Below are positions 19,033 through 29,687 of a stretch of 64,000 bases of DNA, piece after piece (the first letter of the stretch is position 1; each line of letters begins with the position of its first letter). Position numbers and translations under genes: made by a program. Under the pieces are notes generated by a model that worked only from the letters and a program-made list of their open reading frames with translations, made no database searches and had not been told where the DNA came from. Origin of the DNA: Bacteroidota bacterium (GTDB lineage: Bacteria > Bacteroidota > Bacteroidia > Chitinophagales > Chitinophagaceae); assembly GCA_039798125.1 (NCBI GenBank), contig JBDKGO010000001.1, forward strand, positions 145-64,144, in the 5' to 3' direction.

Positions 19033-21764
19033 TAACCTAATCCCAAGTCTCTTCCTTTCATGATTGCAGGAACACCTTTAGACATCCATATTGGCATGGG
19101 CGCACCTTTTAAATAATGATCAAAAAACTGCTGTTCTCTAATTTGAATATCTTTTCTGTTTTTTCGCTCAACTAAATTATGTGCTTCATTATTGTACACT
19201 AGCATCCAGATTGGCTTTGATAATCTACGCATAGCTGTAAACATTTCAATACCCTGATACCATGGCACAGCATCATCTGCATCATTGCTCATAATTACAA
19301 TCGGCGTTTTTACTTTGTTCAATTCAAATAATGGTGAATTCTTAATATATAAATCTGGACGCTCCCATAAATTTGCCCCTATACGACTTTGTGTTTTTTC
19401 ATATTGAAATTGTCTATTAATACCAGGCCCCCATCGAATACCTCCATAGGCACTTGTCATATTTACTACAGGAGCACCTGCCCATGCAGCAGCATATAGA
19501 TTTGTCTTGGTAATTAAATAAGCAATTTGATAGCCACCCCAACTTTGACCTTGTAAGCCAATCCTAGTGCTATCAATAAAACCTTTTTGTACCATTGCCC
19601 TAGTTCCACTTAAAATATAATCATAAGCGCCTTGACCAGGATAGCCTTTCTTGTACCAAATATCTGGTACAAATACAACATAGCCTCGGCTCACAAAGAA
19701 TGGGATATTCAATCTAGAAGGTGTTGGTGAAGGAGGTAAATAATGATGTAGTGTTTGATTGTTTCTTTCATAGAAATAGACAATCATTGGATACTTCTTT
19801 TTGGCATCAAAATCTTCTGGTAAGTATAAAACGCCTTCTGCAGTTCTACCTGTGTAGGCTCTCCATTTAACCAATTGGGATTGCATCCAATTGTAATTGG
19901 CTTGTTGTGGATTGATTGCTGTGCGTGCAACGGAATTTTGTTTTTGCTGAGTTAATAAATATGGATAAATATTTGCTGCATTTTTTTCATCTTCTTGTAA
20001 AACAATGAATTGATTAGATTTTTTTGCACCAACAATTGTAGTTAAATGCATTGGAATATCGGTAATCGTAAATACAGATTTATTCCCTAAATCTAAAATT
20101 GCGAGACCTTCATTTTTATTGATTTCGTTGTATACCCTCAATAAAATTTGATCTTTAAAACCTACTGTTTTTTTATCTGCATCTAGGTTCACAAAACGGT
20201 ATTCATTTTTAGAGGAACGCCCTTTGGTTAAAAGCTGAGATTCAGTTTGTCCAGTTGCATCTACCAGCCAAAGATCATAACGGTCATAAAGTAAGAAATG
20301 TGTATGATTATCCATCCACATCGCTATACCATATGCATTAGGTTCATCTGGCATATCATTGTCCTCGTCATATAATGGAAATTGAATGTCTTTTGCAATT
20401 AGCTTGGTCTGCAATGTTGTTGTATTGTAAGACTTAAATTGTTTAGCTATTTCATCGTAAAAAACTACTAATTTACCATCATAAGATGGGTTCACTAAAC
20501 TACTCTTTAGTCCTTTTTGAATCAATTGTTTTTGACCAGTCTTAGTATTCAATACATATAAATCTCTTTTTCCATAACCCTCCCATTGACTTGAAATGGT
20601 AAAATTTGAATCAATATTAGCTATCGCAATATCGCCATCACCCTCCATTGTCATTTGAATTTGACGATCATTGATTTTTCCTAAATAGGTGAATAAATTA
20701 CTAGAAGGTCTATAAATGAATGCCTCTGTGCTTTTTAAACTAGTTTCAAGACTTTTTAATTGAGTAGATTGCAAATTAGCGTCAGTATAGTTCCAGATAT
20801 CAAGGCTTACTCTATCAAATTCTGGTAAGCTTGTATCTTTTACAGGCAAGATAGGTTGTACACCAAAACTTAGTGAAGCTCCAGTCTTGCTAAAATTAAT
20901 TTTCTTATCCCCACCAATTGTATATTGATTTGGCATTACAACATCTGTTCTGTTCATCACAAATTTGGCAGAATCCATTTGATGCGTATAATAAGCAAGG
21001 GTATAATTTTTTTGAAATGCTTTGTCTGTACTATCTCTTTCAATTAAATAAGCTAATTGTTTACCCTCTTCGTCCCAAGTAAAATTAGTAGCAGCATAAA
21101 AACGGCTGTTTATCATTTTCAAGTTGGTATCTGCGATAGATGCAAAAAGTATTTTGGCCTCATTTAATTTAGTTTTGACTTGATACATCATTAAACCTTC
21201 GCCTTTAGGATGTATAGCATAGTCTGATATATTATTGAATACCCTTTCTTGGCCAGAATTTAAGTCTCTAAAAAATAGTTGAGCCCCTTCCTTTTTGATA
21301 TCTATTTTTGGGTCACTTAAATATGCAATAATATCATTGCCAAATTCAGGGATTTGAAAACTTTTAACTGCTGGAATTATTTTGATATTGCTAGTGGCTA
21401 ATGTCAATATAACCAAACTATCTTTTGGCATTTCTTCTGGCTTTTTCTTGCTAATCTTCGCTTTTCTAGTTTCTTCAAATTTGGGTTTGATTTTAGCGAT
21501 TAAAAATGCATTATTCTCCGAAAACTTTGCTTGTGCTCCTCTTTCAATATTAAATGTTTGATTTGTTTTAAGGTGCTTTACAAACAATATATTATCCCCT
21601 TCTTGTGGGGCCACTGAATATGACATCCAATTGCCATCATTTGACAATAATACTTCTCTTATAGACTGCCATTGGTCATATACAGTATGGTCTAATGGTT
21701 TTTTTTGTGCTTGACTATTCAATGAAAATAATAATAAGAAAATAGAGTAAACAATACGCTTCAT
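19029..21764 (-). CDS. S9 family serine peptidase, exported
   Basis: Signal peptide; GQSWGG nucleophile, D.AVPWYQG, EAHNL. Confidence 0.92.
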   Translation of the reverse strand: MKRIVYSIFLLLFSLNSQAQKKPLDHTVYDQWQSIREVLLSNDGNWMSYSVAPQEGDNILFVKHLKTNQTFNIERGAQAKFSENNAFLIAKIKPKFEETRKAKISKKKPEEMPKDSLVILTLATSNIKIIPAVKSFQIPEFGNDIIAYLSDPKIDIKKEGAQLFFRDLNSGQERVFNNISDYAIHPKGEGLMMYQVKTKLNEAKILFASIADTNLKMINSRFYAATNFTWDEEGKQLAYLIERDSTDKAFQKNYTLAYYTHQMDSAKFVMNRTDVVMPNQYTIGGDKKINFSKTGASLSFGVQPILPVKDTSLPEFDRVSLDIWNYTDANLQSTQLKSLETSLKSTEAFIYRPSSNLFTYLGKINDRQIQMTMEGDGDIAIANIDSNFTISSQWEGYGKRDLYVLNTKTGQKQLIQKGLKSSLVNPSYDGKLVVFYDEIAKQFKSYNTTTLQTKLIAKDIQFPLYDEDNDMPDEPNAYGIAMWMDNHTHFLLYDRYDLWLVDATGQTESQLLTKGRSSKNEYRFVNLDADKKTVGFKDQILLRVYNEINKNEGLAILDLGNKSVFTITDIPMHLTTIVGAKKSNQFIVLQEDEKNAANIYPYLLTQQKQNSVARTAINPQQANYNWMQSQLVKWRAYTGRTAEGVLYLPEDFDAKKKYPMIVYFYERNNQTLHHYLPPSPTPSRLNIPFFVSRGYVVFVPDIWYKKGYPGQGAYDYILSGTRAMVQKGFIDSTRIGLQGQSWGGYQIAYLITKTNLYAAAWAGAPVVNMTSAYGGIRWGPGINRQFQYEKTQSRIGANLWERPDLYIKNSPLFELNKVKTPIVIMSNDADDAVPWYQGIEMFTAMRRLSKPIWMLVYNNEAHNLVERKNRKDIQIREQQFFDHYLKGAPMPIWMSKGVPAIMKGRDLGLGY

Positions 21765-21816
21765 ATAGGTTTATTTGAGTACCTAATTTACGATAAGTTT
21801 TAATTAAAATGGGGAT

Positions 21817-22701
21817 CTATTTTGTTTTTTGCTGACGCAAAACACGAAGCATCTGTAGTAGAACAGATATTGCGATTAAACTCATGCCAATAAAAAACCC
21901 CATTCCCATTTGTTTATGTTCTTGAAACAAAATAATGGCAATGATAATTCCATATACAGGCTCCAAATTAAGTGTCACATTCAATGTAAATGCACTAATT
22001 TTTTTGAGTGCACTGAGCATCAAGTAATTAGCCAATACAGTACAAATTAAAGACAAAATGATTAGCCAGAACCAGTCAGACTGAGTAGGGAAAGTGAAAT
22101 TAGTATGTTGAATGTTTTTAATCCCAAATAGTACAATAGTTAAAAAACTTAGCCCACCTAGCATCTCAAAAGTTTGAATAGTTTGTGTGGTATATTGAGA
22201 GGTTATTCTTTTATTTAATATGGTAAAAATGGCCGCAAATAAAGAGGAAACCAAGCCTACCAAAATGCCTGTTCTAAAATGAATATCAAACTGAAAAATA
22301 AATAATATACCAATTAGACTAAGTAGCCCAATCAATAATTCATTCCATATGAATTTTGTTTTGAACATGAATGGTTCAAGTATTGCTGTAAAAAGACCAA
22401 CACATGAAATACATACCAATGCAACAGAAACATTGGCCAACTTAATACTTCCGTAAAAACATACCCAATGAATAGCAATCAAAATGCCAATCAACATCAA
22501 CTTTACTTTATCTTTTAATACTACTTTATTAGCACGTTGATGTAAAATGTAAATTGGTATTAATGCTAAAACAGTTAATAACATTCTATAAAACACCAAG
22601 TTTAAACCATTCAATTGTATCAAATTGCCTATTGGTGCTGTTAATCCAGCCAAGAAAACAAATACATGTAATTGTATGAACGATCGCTTAAGACTGCTCA
22701 C
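21817..22701 (-). CDS. DMT/EamA family transporter
   Basis: About 10 TM helices, HWVCFYGSIK, NLEPVYGI. Confidence 0.9.
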   Translation of the reverse strand: MSSLKRSFIQLHVFVFLAGLTAPIGNLIQLNGLNLVFYRMLLTVLALIPIYILHQRANKVVLKDKVKLMLIGILIAIHWVCFYGSIKLANVSVALVCISCVGLFTAILEPFMFKTKFIWNELLIGLLSLIGILFIFQFDIHFRTGILVGLVSSLFAAIFTILNKRITSQYTTQTIQTFEMLGGLSFLTIVLFGIKNIQHTNFTFPTQSDWFWLIILSLICTVLANYLMLSALKKISAFTLNVTLNLEPVYGIIIAIILFQEHKQMGMGFFIGMSLIAISVLLQMLRVLRQQKTK

Positions 22702-23434
22702 GCTTAATTTGTTTAATAAAACGACCTGTAAAAGATTGCCATTGCATACTAAGCACGCCGAGTACTGCCTCTTTAATGATACCTTTTGACATCTTGCTTA
22801 CCCCGATTTTTCTATCAATAAAAGTAATAGGCACTTCTTTTAATTTAAAACCTAAACGCCATGCGGCAAATTTCATTTCAATTTGAAAAGCGTATCCAAT
22901 AAATTGTATATGATCCAATTGCATTGATGCAAGTACTTTACGCTTATAACAAATGAACCCAGCAGTGGGATCTTTCACAGGCATCCCTGTAATAATTCTT
23001 GTATATAGCGAACCACCTCTAGAATAGATCAATCTATCTAAAGGCCAATTTTCTGTTGCACCACCTTTCACATACCTGCTACCAATTGCAAGATCTGCTC
23101 CATTTTCACAAGCTGCTAATAATCTATCTAAATCTAATGGATTGTGAGAGAAATCGGCATCCATTTCGAAAATATAGTCATATTGATTGTCTAAAGCCCA
23201 TTTAAAGCCGTGTATGTATGCAGTTCCTAAACCTAGCTTCCCTTTTCTTTCTTGGATAAAAATTTTATCAGGATGAGCTTGCATCAGCTCTTTAACAATG
23301 TTGGCTGTGCCATCTGGAGAACCATCATCCACCACTAATACATGGTATTGATTACCTAGGACAGTAACTGCATGAATGATTGCTGCAATATTTTCCTTTT
23401 CATTAAAAGTTGGTATGATGACAATTTTCTTCAC
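22688..23434 (-). CDS. Polyprenol monophosphomannose synthase (GT2, DPM1-like)
   Basis: IIPTFNEKEN, VDDGSPDGT, MDADFSH, GSRY, FQIEMK. Confidence 0.92.
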   Translation of the reverse strand: MKKIVIIPTFNEKENIAAIIHAVTVLGNQYHVLVVDDGSPDGTANIVKELMQAHPDKIFIQERKGKLGLGTAYIHGFKWALDNQYDYIFEMDADFSHNPLDLDRLLAACENGADLAIGSRYVKGGATENWPLDRLIYSRGGSLYTRIITGMPVKDPTAGFICYKRKVLASMQLDHIQFIGYAFQIEMKFAAWRLGFKLKEVPITFIDRKIGVSKMSKGIIKEAVLGVLSMQWQSFTGRFIKQIKREQS

Positions 23435-23486
23435 TTTCTATTGGGGGGATATGGTCTTGTTTACCTTTTTAAGGTTTAAATATAAA

Positions 23487-24254
23487 TTATTTATTTAAAA
23501 TGGTTCTATTTAAAATCTCTGTTAGCTTCTGTTTGGTATGTAAAGCGAAATCCCCTTTCATCATCCAATCATAATATTGGGGTTCCTCTTTTAATACTTG
23601 GGTTACTGGCTTGCCCTTATGCTTGCCAAAATTGAAGACTTCTACCCCATTTTCCATAATAAATCGACGGGCAAAATCCACAATTTGGTCTTCTCCGGTA
23701 AATTTCACAATAGATTCAACTGTATTACCGATGATTGGATAACGTTCTAATTGTGCCTCTAATACCTCCCAGGTGGCTGTTGCATCTGCCTCCGCAGTAT
23801 GTGCATCTTCCAAACTTTTATCACAATAAAATTTATATGCGGCTGTCAAAGTGCGTTGTTCCATCATATGAAATACTTTCTGCACATCCAAAAGCTTTCT
23901 TGATTCAATATCAACAGAAATCCCTGCTCTTAAAAATTCTTCGTTTAACATAGGAATGTCAAAACGATTGCTATTGTATCCAGCTAAATCTGATCCTTCT
24001 AAAAATTGTTTAATCTCGTTGGCTACTTGTTTAAACGTAGGTGCATCTTTTACCATGTCATCTGTAATTCCATGGACAGCTGTGGTAGCAGCAGGAATAG
24101 GCATTTCTGGGTGGATCAACTTTCTTTTTACAGATTTTGTACCATCTGGCATGATTTTAACAATGGCGATTTCCACAATTTTATCGGTGCTAACATTGAT
24201 TCCTGTAGTTTCTAAATCAATAAAACAGATTGGCTGGGAAAGTTGTAAACGCAT
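23487..24254 (-). CDS. DEDDh 3'-5' exonuclease (DNA Pol III epsilon-like)
   Basis: DLETTG, GYNSNRFD, AHTAEAD; C-terminal FGKHKG. Confidence 0.9.
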   Translation of the reverse strand: MRLQLSQPICFIDLETTGINVSTDKIVEIAIVKIMPDGTKSVKRKLIHPEMPIPAATTAVHGITDDMVKDAPTFKQVANEIKQFLEGSDLAGYNSNRFDIPMLNEEFLRAGISVDIESRKLLDVQKVFHMMEQRTLTAAYKFYCDKSLEDAHTAEADATATWEVLEAQLERYPIIGNTVESIVKFTGEDQIVDFARRFIMENGVEVFNFGKHKGKPVTQVLKEEPQYYDWMMKGDFALHTKQKLTEILNRTILNK

Positions 24255-24360
24255 AGATATATTTATAAACCGAAGTTAATCAATATGCCATTGAAAATAT
24301 CAGTTTCAGGTTAAAATACTTCAAAAGAATGGTGTAATTTTACACCTTAAATCAGCTTAA

Positions 24361-24687
24361 ATGAAATGGCATCCAATCAACGCGGTAGAACAATTAGAAC
24401 AAATTAAAGCAGCGTCCTTTACAATCCCACAGGTAATCTTTAAGCATAGTACCACATGCAGTATTAGCAGAATGGCTTTGGATCGATTTGAGCGTGCTGA
24501 AGCCCCTGAAAACGTTGATTTTCATTATTTAGACCTCTTGAATTTTAGGGCGATTTCTAATGAAATAGCCACTTTTTTTCAAGTACACCATGAATCACCA
24601 CAAGTGCTATTGATTAAGGATGGTGAATGTATCTATGATGAAAGCCATTATGGCATTATGATGGATGAGCTTATATCCTTTCTATAA
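24361..24687 (+). CDS. ytxJ: Bacillithiol-system redox-active protein YtxJ (BrxC)
   Basis: IFKHSTTCSIS, VHHESPQ, SH. Confidence 0.9.
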   Translation: MKWHPINAVEQLEQIKAASFTIPQVIFKHSTTCSISRMALDRFERAEAPENVDFHYLDLLNFRAISNEIATFFQVHHESPQVLLIKDGECIYDESHYGIMMDELISFL

Positions 24688-25852
24688 CCATTGCACTAGC
24701 GCCTCCGCCGCCATTACAAATAGCTGCTGCACCATATTTTGCTTGATGGTCTTGTAGGATATGTGTTAGTGTCACAATGATTCTTGCGCCACTACATCCA
24801 AGTGGATGTCCTAATGAAACTGCACCTCCTCTTATATTCACTTTAGTTGGATCCAAATTTAATAGTTTGGTGTTGACTACACCAACCACAGAAAATGCTT
24901 CGTTGAATTCAAAATAGCTGATATCATTAGATGTTAAATTTGCTTTTTTCAGGGCTTTTGGTAAAGCTAATGAAGGCGCAGTGGTGAAGTATTTAGGATC
25001 ATGTTCTGCATCTGCAAAACTGGTTATTTTAGCCAATGGTTTTAAGCCAAGTGCTTTCATTTTTTCGCCACTGATTAAAATGATAGCTGCGGCTCCATCA
25101 TTCATGGTACTTGCATTTGCTGCTGTAACAGTACCATCTTTAGTAAAAGCTGGATTTAAACTTGCAATTTTATCAAACTTCACATTGAATGGCTCTTCAT
25201 CTTTTTCAATAGTGATTGGATCGCCTTTTCTTTGAGGAATAACTACAGGGACAATCTCATTCACAAATAAACCTTGCTCTATTGACGATTGTGATTTTTG
25301 ATAACTTCCAATTGCAAATGCATCTTGTTCTGCTCTAGAAATTTGGTTTTCTGTGGCACATAAATCAGCAAAATTTCCCATAGCCACTTGATCATACACA
25401 TCTACTAAACCATCTTTAGCTAACCCATCCATTAAAGTAGTGTCCCCATATTTATTACCCCAACGTTGGTGCATATTGTAAAACGGAACATTGCTCATAC
25501 TTTCCATACCACCCGCTACAACTATATCCGCGTCTCCTAAAAGTATATTTTGAGCAGCTAATGCAATGGACTTCATACCACTAGCACACACTTTATTGAT
25601 GGTGGTACAAATCACTTTATCTGGTAAACCAGCTAATTTAGCTGCTTGTCTAGCAGGTGCTTGACCTAAACCGGCTTGTATTACAGCACCCATGTACACT
25701 TCATCCACTAAATTGGTATCTAATTGGATTTTGTCTAAAGCCCCTTTGATGGCGACTGCACCTAATTGTGTTGCAGATAAACTTTTTAATGACCCACCAA
25801 AGGATCCTATTGGTGTTCTAACAGCGGCTACAATAAATACTTCTCTAGACAT
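24671..25852 (-). CDS. Acetyl-CoA C-acetyltransferase (thiolase)
   Basis: NKVCASG, NEAF, GHPLGCSG, CNGGGG. Confidence 0.95.
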   Translation of the reverse strand: MSREVFIVAAVRTPIGSFGGSLKSLSATQLGAVAIKGALDKIQLDTNLVDEVYMGAVIQAGLGQAPARQAAKLAGLPDKVICTTINKVCASGMKSIALAAQNILLGDADIVVAGGMESMSNVPFYNMHQRWGNKYGDTTLMDGLAKDGLVDVYDQVAMGNFADLCATENQISRAEQDAFAIGSYQKSQSSIEQGLFVNEIVPVVIPQRKGDPITIEKDEEPFNVKFDKIASLNPAFTKDGTVTAANASTMNDGAAAIILISGEKMKALGLKPLAKITSFADAEHDPKYFTTAPSLALPKALKKANLTSNDISYFEFNEAFSVVGVVNTKLLNLDPTKVNIRGGAVSLGHPLGCSGARIIVTLTHILQDHQAKYGAAAICNGGGGASAMVIERI

Positions 25853-25877
25853 ACAAATTAAATTAAATAGTTTCTAA

Positions 25878-26750
25878 TTAAGCTTCTTTTGTTTCAGATG
25901 TGGTTAGTGCTTCTGGCATTAAACGTATTCCTCCATCCTCAATCGTAATTTTTTTAGCCTTATACAACATACCTACATTCATCTTAAAGGCTTTCTTACT
26001 GATGCCAAAAAATGCATAGATATCTTCGGGAGAGGATTTGTCATGGTAGGGTAAAAAACCTTTATGTAATTTCAATAACTGAATCAATTTAACTTGATCA
26101 TCGTCTAATTTTTCAACACCTTGTTTTCCAATGCCAATATCCAACTTATTATCTTCTCTAATTTTTTTAACAAAACCTTCTTCGATCATTTGACCAATAT
26201 GTAAATGTGTAAAAACCTCATTTTTGTATACCAATCCTTGATGCACTTGGTTTACAATCACCACATAACCAATATCCGATTCACGATAAACTTGTAGTTT
26301 CACTTTCTCTCCTTCTTTTACAGTAAGGATATCATTGCTAATTTGGTTGTCAATTTTTTCTGTTGCTGCTACCCTACCAGTTTGTTTATCTAAATATAAT
26401 TTGACTAAATATTTCCCACCCAAACGCATACTTGATAATTGTTGAGAAACGGGTACAAATAAGTCCTTCATTAAGCCCCAATCTAAAAATGCACCCTGTT
26501 TAGTAATGGCAACCACTTTTAAAGCTGCTATATCTCCAACAACTGCAAATGGTTCTTGTGTTGTTGCAATTAATCTATTATCAGAGTCGTGATAAACAAA
26601 TACACTAATCGTGTCATCCACTTGTAAACCAGAAGGCACAAAACGCTTTGGTAACAAAATACCTTCGGCACCATCGTCCATATAAAAACCAAAATCCACT
26701 TTTCGGTCTACGCGCATTAAATTGAATTGACCTACATTGATGGTTGACAT
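25878..26750 (-). CDS. CvfB-family S1-domain RNA-binding protein
   Basis: GAFLDWGL.KDLFVP, S1 repeats, winged-helix end FGISKKAFK..G.LYK. Confidence 0.88.
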   Translation of the reverse strand: MSTINVGQFNLMRVDRKVDFGFYMDDGAEGILLPKRFVPSGLQVDDTISVFVYHDSDNRLIATTQEPFAVVGDIAALKVVAITKQGAFLDWGLMKDLFVPVSQQLSSMRLGGKYLVKLYLDKQTGRVAATEKIDNQISNDILTVKEGEKVKLQVYRESDIGYVVIVNQVHQGLVYKNEVFTHLHIGQMIEEGFVKKIREDNKLDIGIGKQGVEKLDDDQVKLIQLLKLHKGFLPYHDKSSPEDIYAFFGISKKAFKMNVGMLYKAKKITIEDGGIRLMPEALTTSETKEA

Positions 26751-26769
26751 ATACTTAGTTTATATAAAT

Positions 26770-29292
26770 TTAGAACAATTCTGGCTGTTCGTCGTTAGGA
26801 TCTTTTATGACTACTTTATTTTCCCATTGCATTTCGATGGATTTGCTAAAATCAACTAGTTTGGTGCCAACTGCTTTTGAACCCATCACATCTACCATTT
26901 TACTCACTTTGAATTTCGCTTTTCTTAATTGTGTCCCCTTACCTGATTCTACCACTAAGACAGGTTCAACATGCGTTGTCACAGCAGCTACATAATTGCC
27001 ATTGCCTTCCTTAATGAATGAAAATGGCGTTTTAAGAGTTGATGTTTCAATTTTAAAACGCTTGATATTGAATTGCAATTTCTCTTTATCTAAATAGACA
27101 GCAGTAATCACTTTCAAAGGATTGAATTTTTCCATAAAAATGACTTTCTCAGGATCAAACCTTTGTGTGAGTTCTGTATCGGTCACCTCATAATTACCAT
27201 CTTTATAGATGACGATTAATTTTTCGTCTTCGAAAGTACCTAGGTATAAACCCTTCTCTTCGGTATTCAATCTTCCAAATTTATCATCAAACCATAATTT
27301 TCTTCCAACTAAAGTGCTTTTGCCTGCTTCCTTCAACTTAACTTGTTTCACAGGGTATTTCGTGACTTGATTACCTACACTGGTTCTTCCTTTTACTTCT
27401 AAGGTTTCAAAGAAAAAGTCAAATTCCTTTATTCTTGCACTACAGTTTGGACTCAAAACTATTTTCACTGATTCCGCTTCACCATTGGCATTGATCGATA
27501 AGTAATGCACTTTAGATTTTTCTAAACTCTTAGCTAAAACGTATTCTTTATCTCTGGTGACACTTGTTACATTAAAACGTTTTGCATAGCTTATACCAGA
27601 AGCACCATCTACATAGATCATATTGTAAGTAGTACGTTCGTCATTTTTCTGGAATACTGCTGCATGAAGGATGTCTTTTCCAATAAATATTTTATCAGAT
27701 ACTTTCACCACTTTCATGGTACCACCTTTTGTAAATGCTATGATATCGTCATAATCTGTACAGTCACAAAGAAATTCATCTTTCTTTAAACTTGTACCTA
27801 TAAAGCCTTCAGCTCTATTGATATAAAGCTTGGTATTCGCAATCGCAACCTGCTTCACTTGAATGGTGTCAAACTCTTTTAGTTCTGTTTTGCGTTCTTT
27901 GCCTTTGCCGTATTTCTTTTGTAAGTTTTCATAATAACTTACTGCATAATCTACTAAATTTTCGAGGTTATTTTTAACTTCTTTAATTTCAGCCTCAATG
28001 GATTTAATTTGCGCAATTAAATCTTCTATATCTAATTTATAAATTCTTCTTACAGGCTTATCGGTTAATTTTAATAAATCCGTTCTTTCAATTGGTTTTT
28101 TAAATTTCTTTTTAAATGGCTCAAAGGCTTTGTCAATCGCATCAATGACTTTCTCCCAGTTAAGGTGTTTCTTCTCTAATTCTTGGTAAATCTTTTCTTC
28201 GAAGAAAATCTTTTCTAAACTAGTGAAATGCCATTTATCCAATAACTCTTGTAAATGAATTTCTAATTCTGATTTTAATAAAGCTTTAGTATGGTCAACT
28301 GAATGTTTTAATAAGTCACTTGCGCCTAAGAATTGTGGACGTTGATTCACAATCACGCAAGCATTAGGAGATAAGCTAATTTCACAATCTGTAAATGCAT
28401 ATAAAGCATCAATCGTAATATCTGGTGAAATACCTGCTGCTAAATCAATTTGAATTTCAACTTGAGCTGCAGTGACATCAATCACTTTTTTGATTTTAAT
28501 TTTACCCTGATCATTTGCCTTGGTAATACTTTCCATCAATTGAGTAGTGGTTACACCGTAGGGCACATCTTTTATCACCAAGGTCTTCTTATCTAGTTCT
28601 TCGATATGTGCTCTAACCCTTATTTTACCACCGCGTTTACCGTCATTGTATGCCGAGGCATCCACCATGCCCCCCGTTTGGAAATCTGGTAATAATTCGA
28701 ACTTACGTCCTCTCAAATATTTGATACAGGCATCTAATAATTCATTGAAATTATGCGGTAATATTTTTGTAGATAACCCTACTGCAATACCATCCGCACC
28801 TTGTGCCAATAAAAGTGGGAACTTCATTGGTAAAGTAACTGGTTCTTGTTTACGTCCATCATAACTTAAAGCCCAGTCTGTTGTTTTTGAATTAAATGCA
28901 ACTTCTAATGCGAATTTACTTAATCTAGCTTCGATATAACGAGAGGCTGCAGCAGCATCACCTGTTCTCACATCTCCCCAGTTTCCTTGTGTCTCGACCA
29001 ATAAATTCTTTTGACCAATATTCACCAATGCATCTCCAATACTTGCATCTCCATGCGGATGATACTGCATACTCTGTCCAATAATATTCGCCACTTTATT
29101 GAATCTACCATCATCCATTTCTTTCATGGCATGGAGGATTCTTCTTTGAACAGGCTTTAAGCCATCTTCAATTGCTGGTACCGCTCTTTCTAAAATCACA
29201 TAGGAAGCATAATCCAAGAACCAGTTTTTATACTGTCCTTGAACGCCGGATTCGTTCTCTGTGACCCTACTTAAATTTTTCTCTTTTGCCAT
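26770..29292 (-). CDS. parC: DNA topoisomerase IV subunit A
   Basis: DGLKPVQRR, YHPHGDAS, catalytic AASRYIEARL; Bacteroidota ParC N-terminus FLDYASYVILERA. Confidence 0.92.
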   Translation of the reverse strand: MAKEKNLSRVTENESGVQGQYKNWFLDYASYVILERAVPAIEDGLKPVQRRILHAMKEMDDGRFNKVANIIGQSMQYHPHGDASIGDALVNIGQKNLLVETQGNWGDVRTGDAAAASRYIEARLSKFALEVAFNSKTTDWALSYDGRKQEPVTLPMKFPLLLAQGADGIAVGLSTKILPHNFNELLDACIKYLRGRKFELLPDFQTGGMVDASAYNDGKRGGKIRVRAHIEELDKKTLVIKDVPYGVTTTQLMESITKANDQGKIKIKKVIDVTAAQVEIQIDLAAGISPDITIDALYAFTDCEISLSPNACVIVNQRPQFLGASDLLKHSVDHTKALLKSELEIHLQELLDKWHFTSLEKIFFEEKIYQELEKKHLNWEKVIDAIDKAFEPFKKKFKKPIERTDLLKLTDKPVRRIYKLDIEDLIAQIKSIEAEIKEVKNNLENLVDYAVSYYENLQKKYGKGKERKTELKEFDTIQVKQVAIANTKLYINRAEGFIGTSLKKDEFLCDCTDYDDIIAFTKGGTMKVVKVSDKIFIGKDILHAAVFQKNDERTTYNMIYVDGASGISYAKRFNVTSVTRDKEYVLAKSLEKSKVHYLSINANGEAESVKIVLSPNCSARIKEFDFFFETLEVKGRTSVGNQVTKYPVKQVKLKEAGKSTLVGRKLWFDDKFGRLNTEEKGLYLGTFEDEKLIVIYKDGNYEVTDTELTQRFDPEKVIFMEKFNPLKVITAVYLDKEKLQFNIKRFKIETSTLKTPFSFIKEGNGNYVAAVTTHVEPVLVVESGKGTQLRKAKFKVSKMVDVMGSKAVGTKLVDFSKSIEMQWENKVVIKDPNDEQPELF

Positions 29293-29313
29293 AACTATAC
29301 TAATTCGTAACGT

Positions 29314-29682
29314 CTAGATCCGATGCGTATCTTCACTACCGTCACTTAAACTATTTAATTCAATATAAACAATATCTGTAACTGCAGTTAATTCATGCCA
29401 AATATTTGCAGGGATTTGAACCCTTATTGGCGCAACCAATTGAATTGTTTTTTCTTCTTTTGTTGCTAAATCCTTCCAATGTAAATTTGCTTTTCCTTGC
29501 ACTAAAAGCATGTCTTCTGGATTCTTACCTGCCGAAACCCCTTTATGATAATGTTGCCCACTTATTGAACCAGCATTTCTGTAGATCAATAAAAATTCAC
29601 CCGTCCTATCTGTCGCAAAATAATGCAACGCACCACGTTCATCCACTGCTTTTACATCTATTGGTTGCAATTGAACAGACAT
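29314..29682 (-). CDS. Small cupin-fold protein
   Basis: DERG, GQHYH, ED.LLVQG, IPANIWHE cupin motifs. Confidence 0.7.
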   Translation of the reverse strand: MSVQLQPIDVKAVDERGALHYFATDRTGEFLLIYRNAGSISGQHYHKGVSAGKNPEDMLLVQGKANLHWKDLATKEEKTIQLVAPIRVQIPANIWHELTAVTDIVYIELNSLSDGSEDTHRI

Positions 29683-29687
29683 AATTT

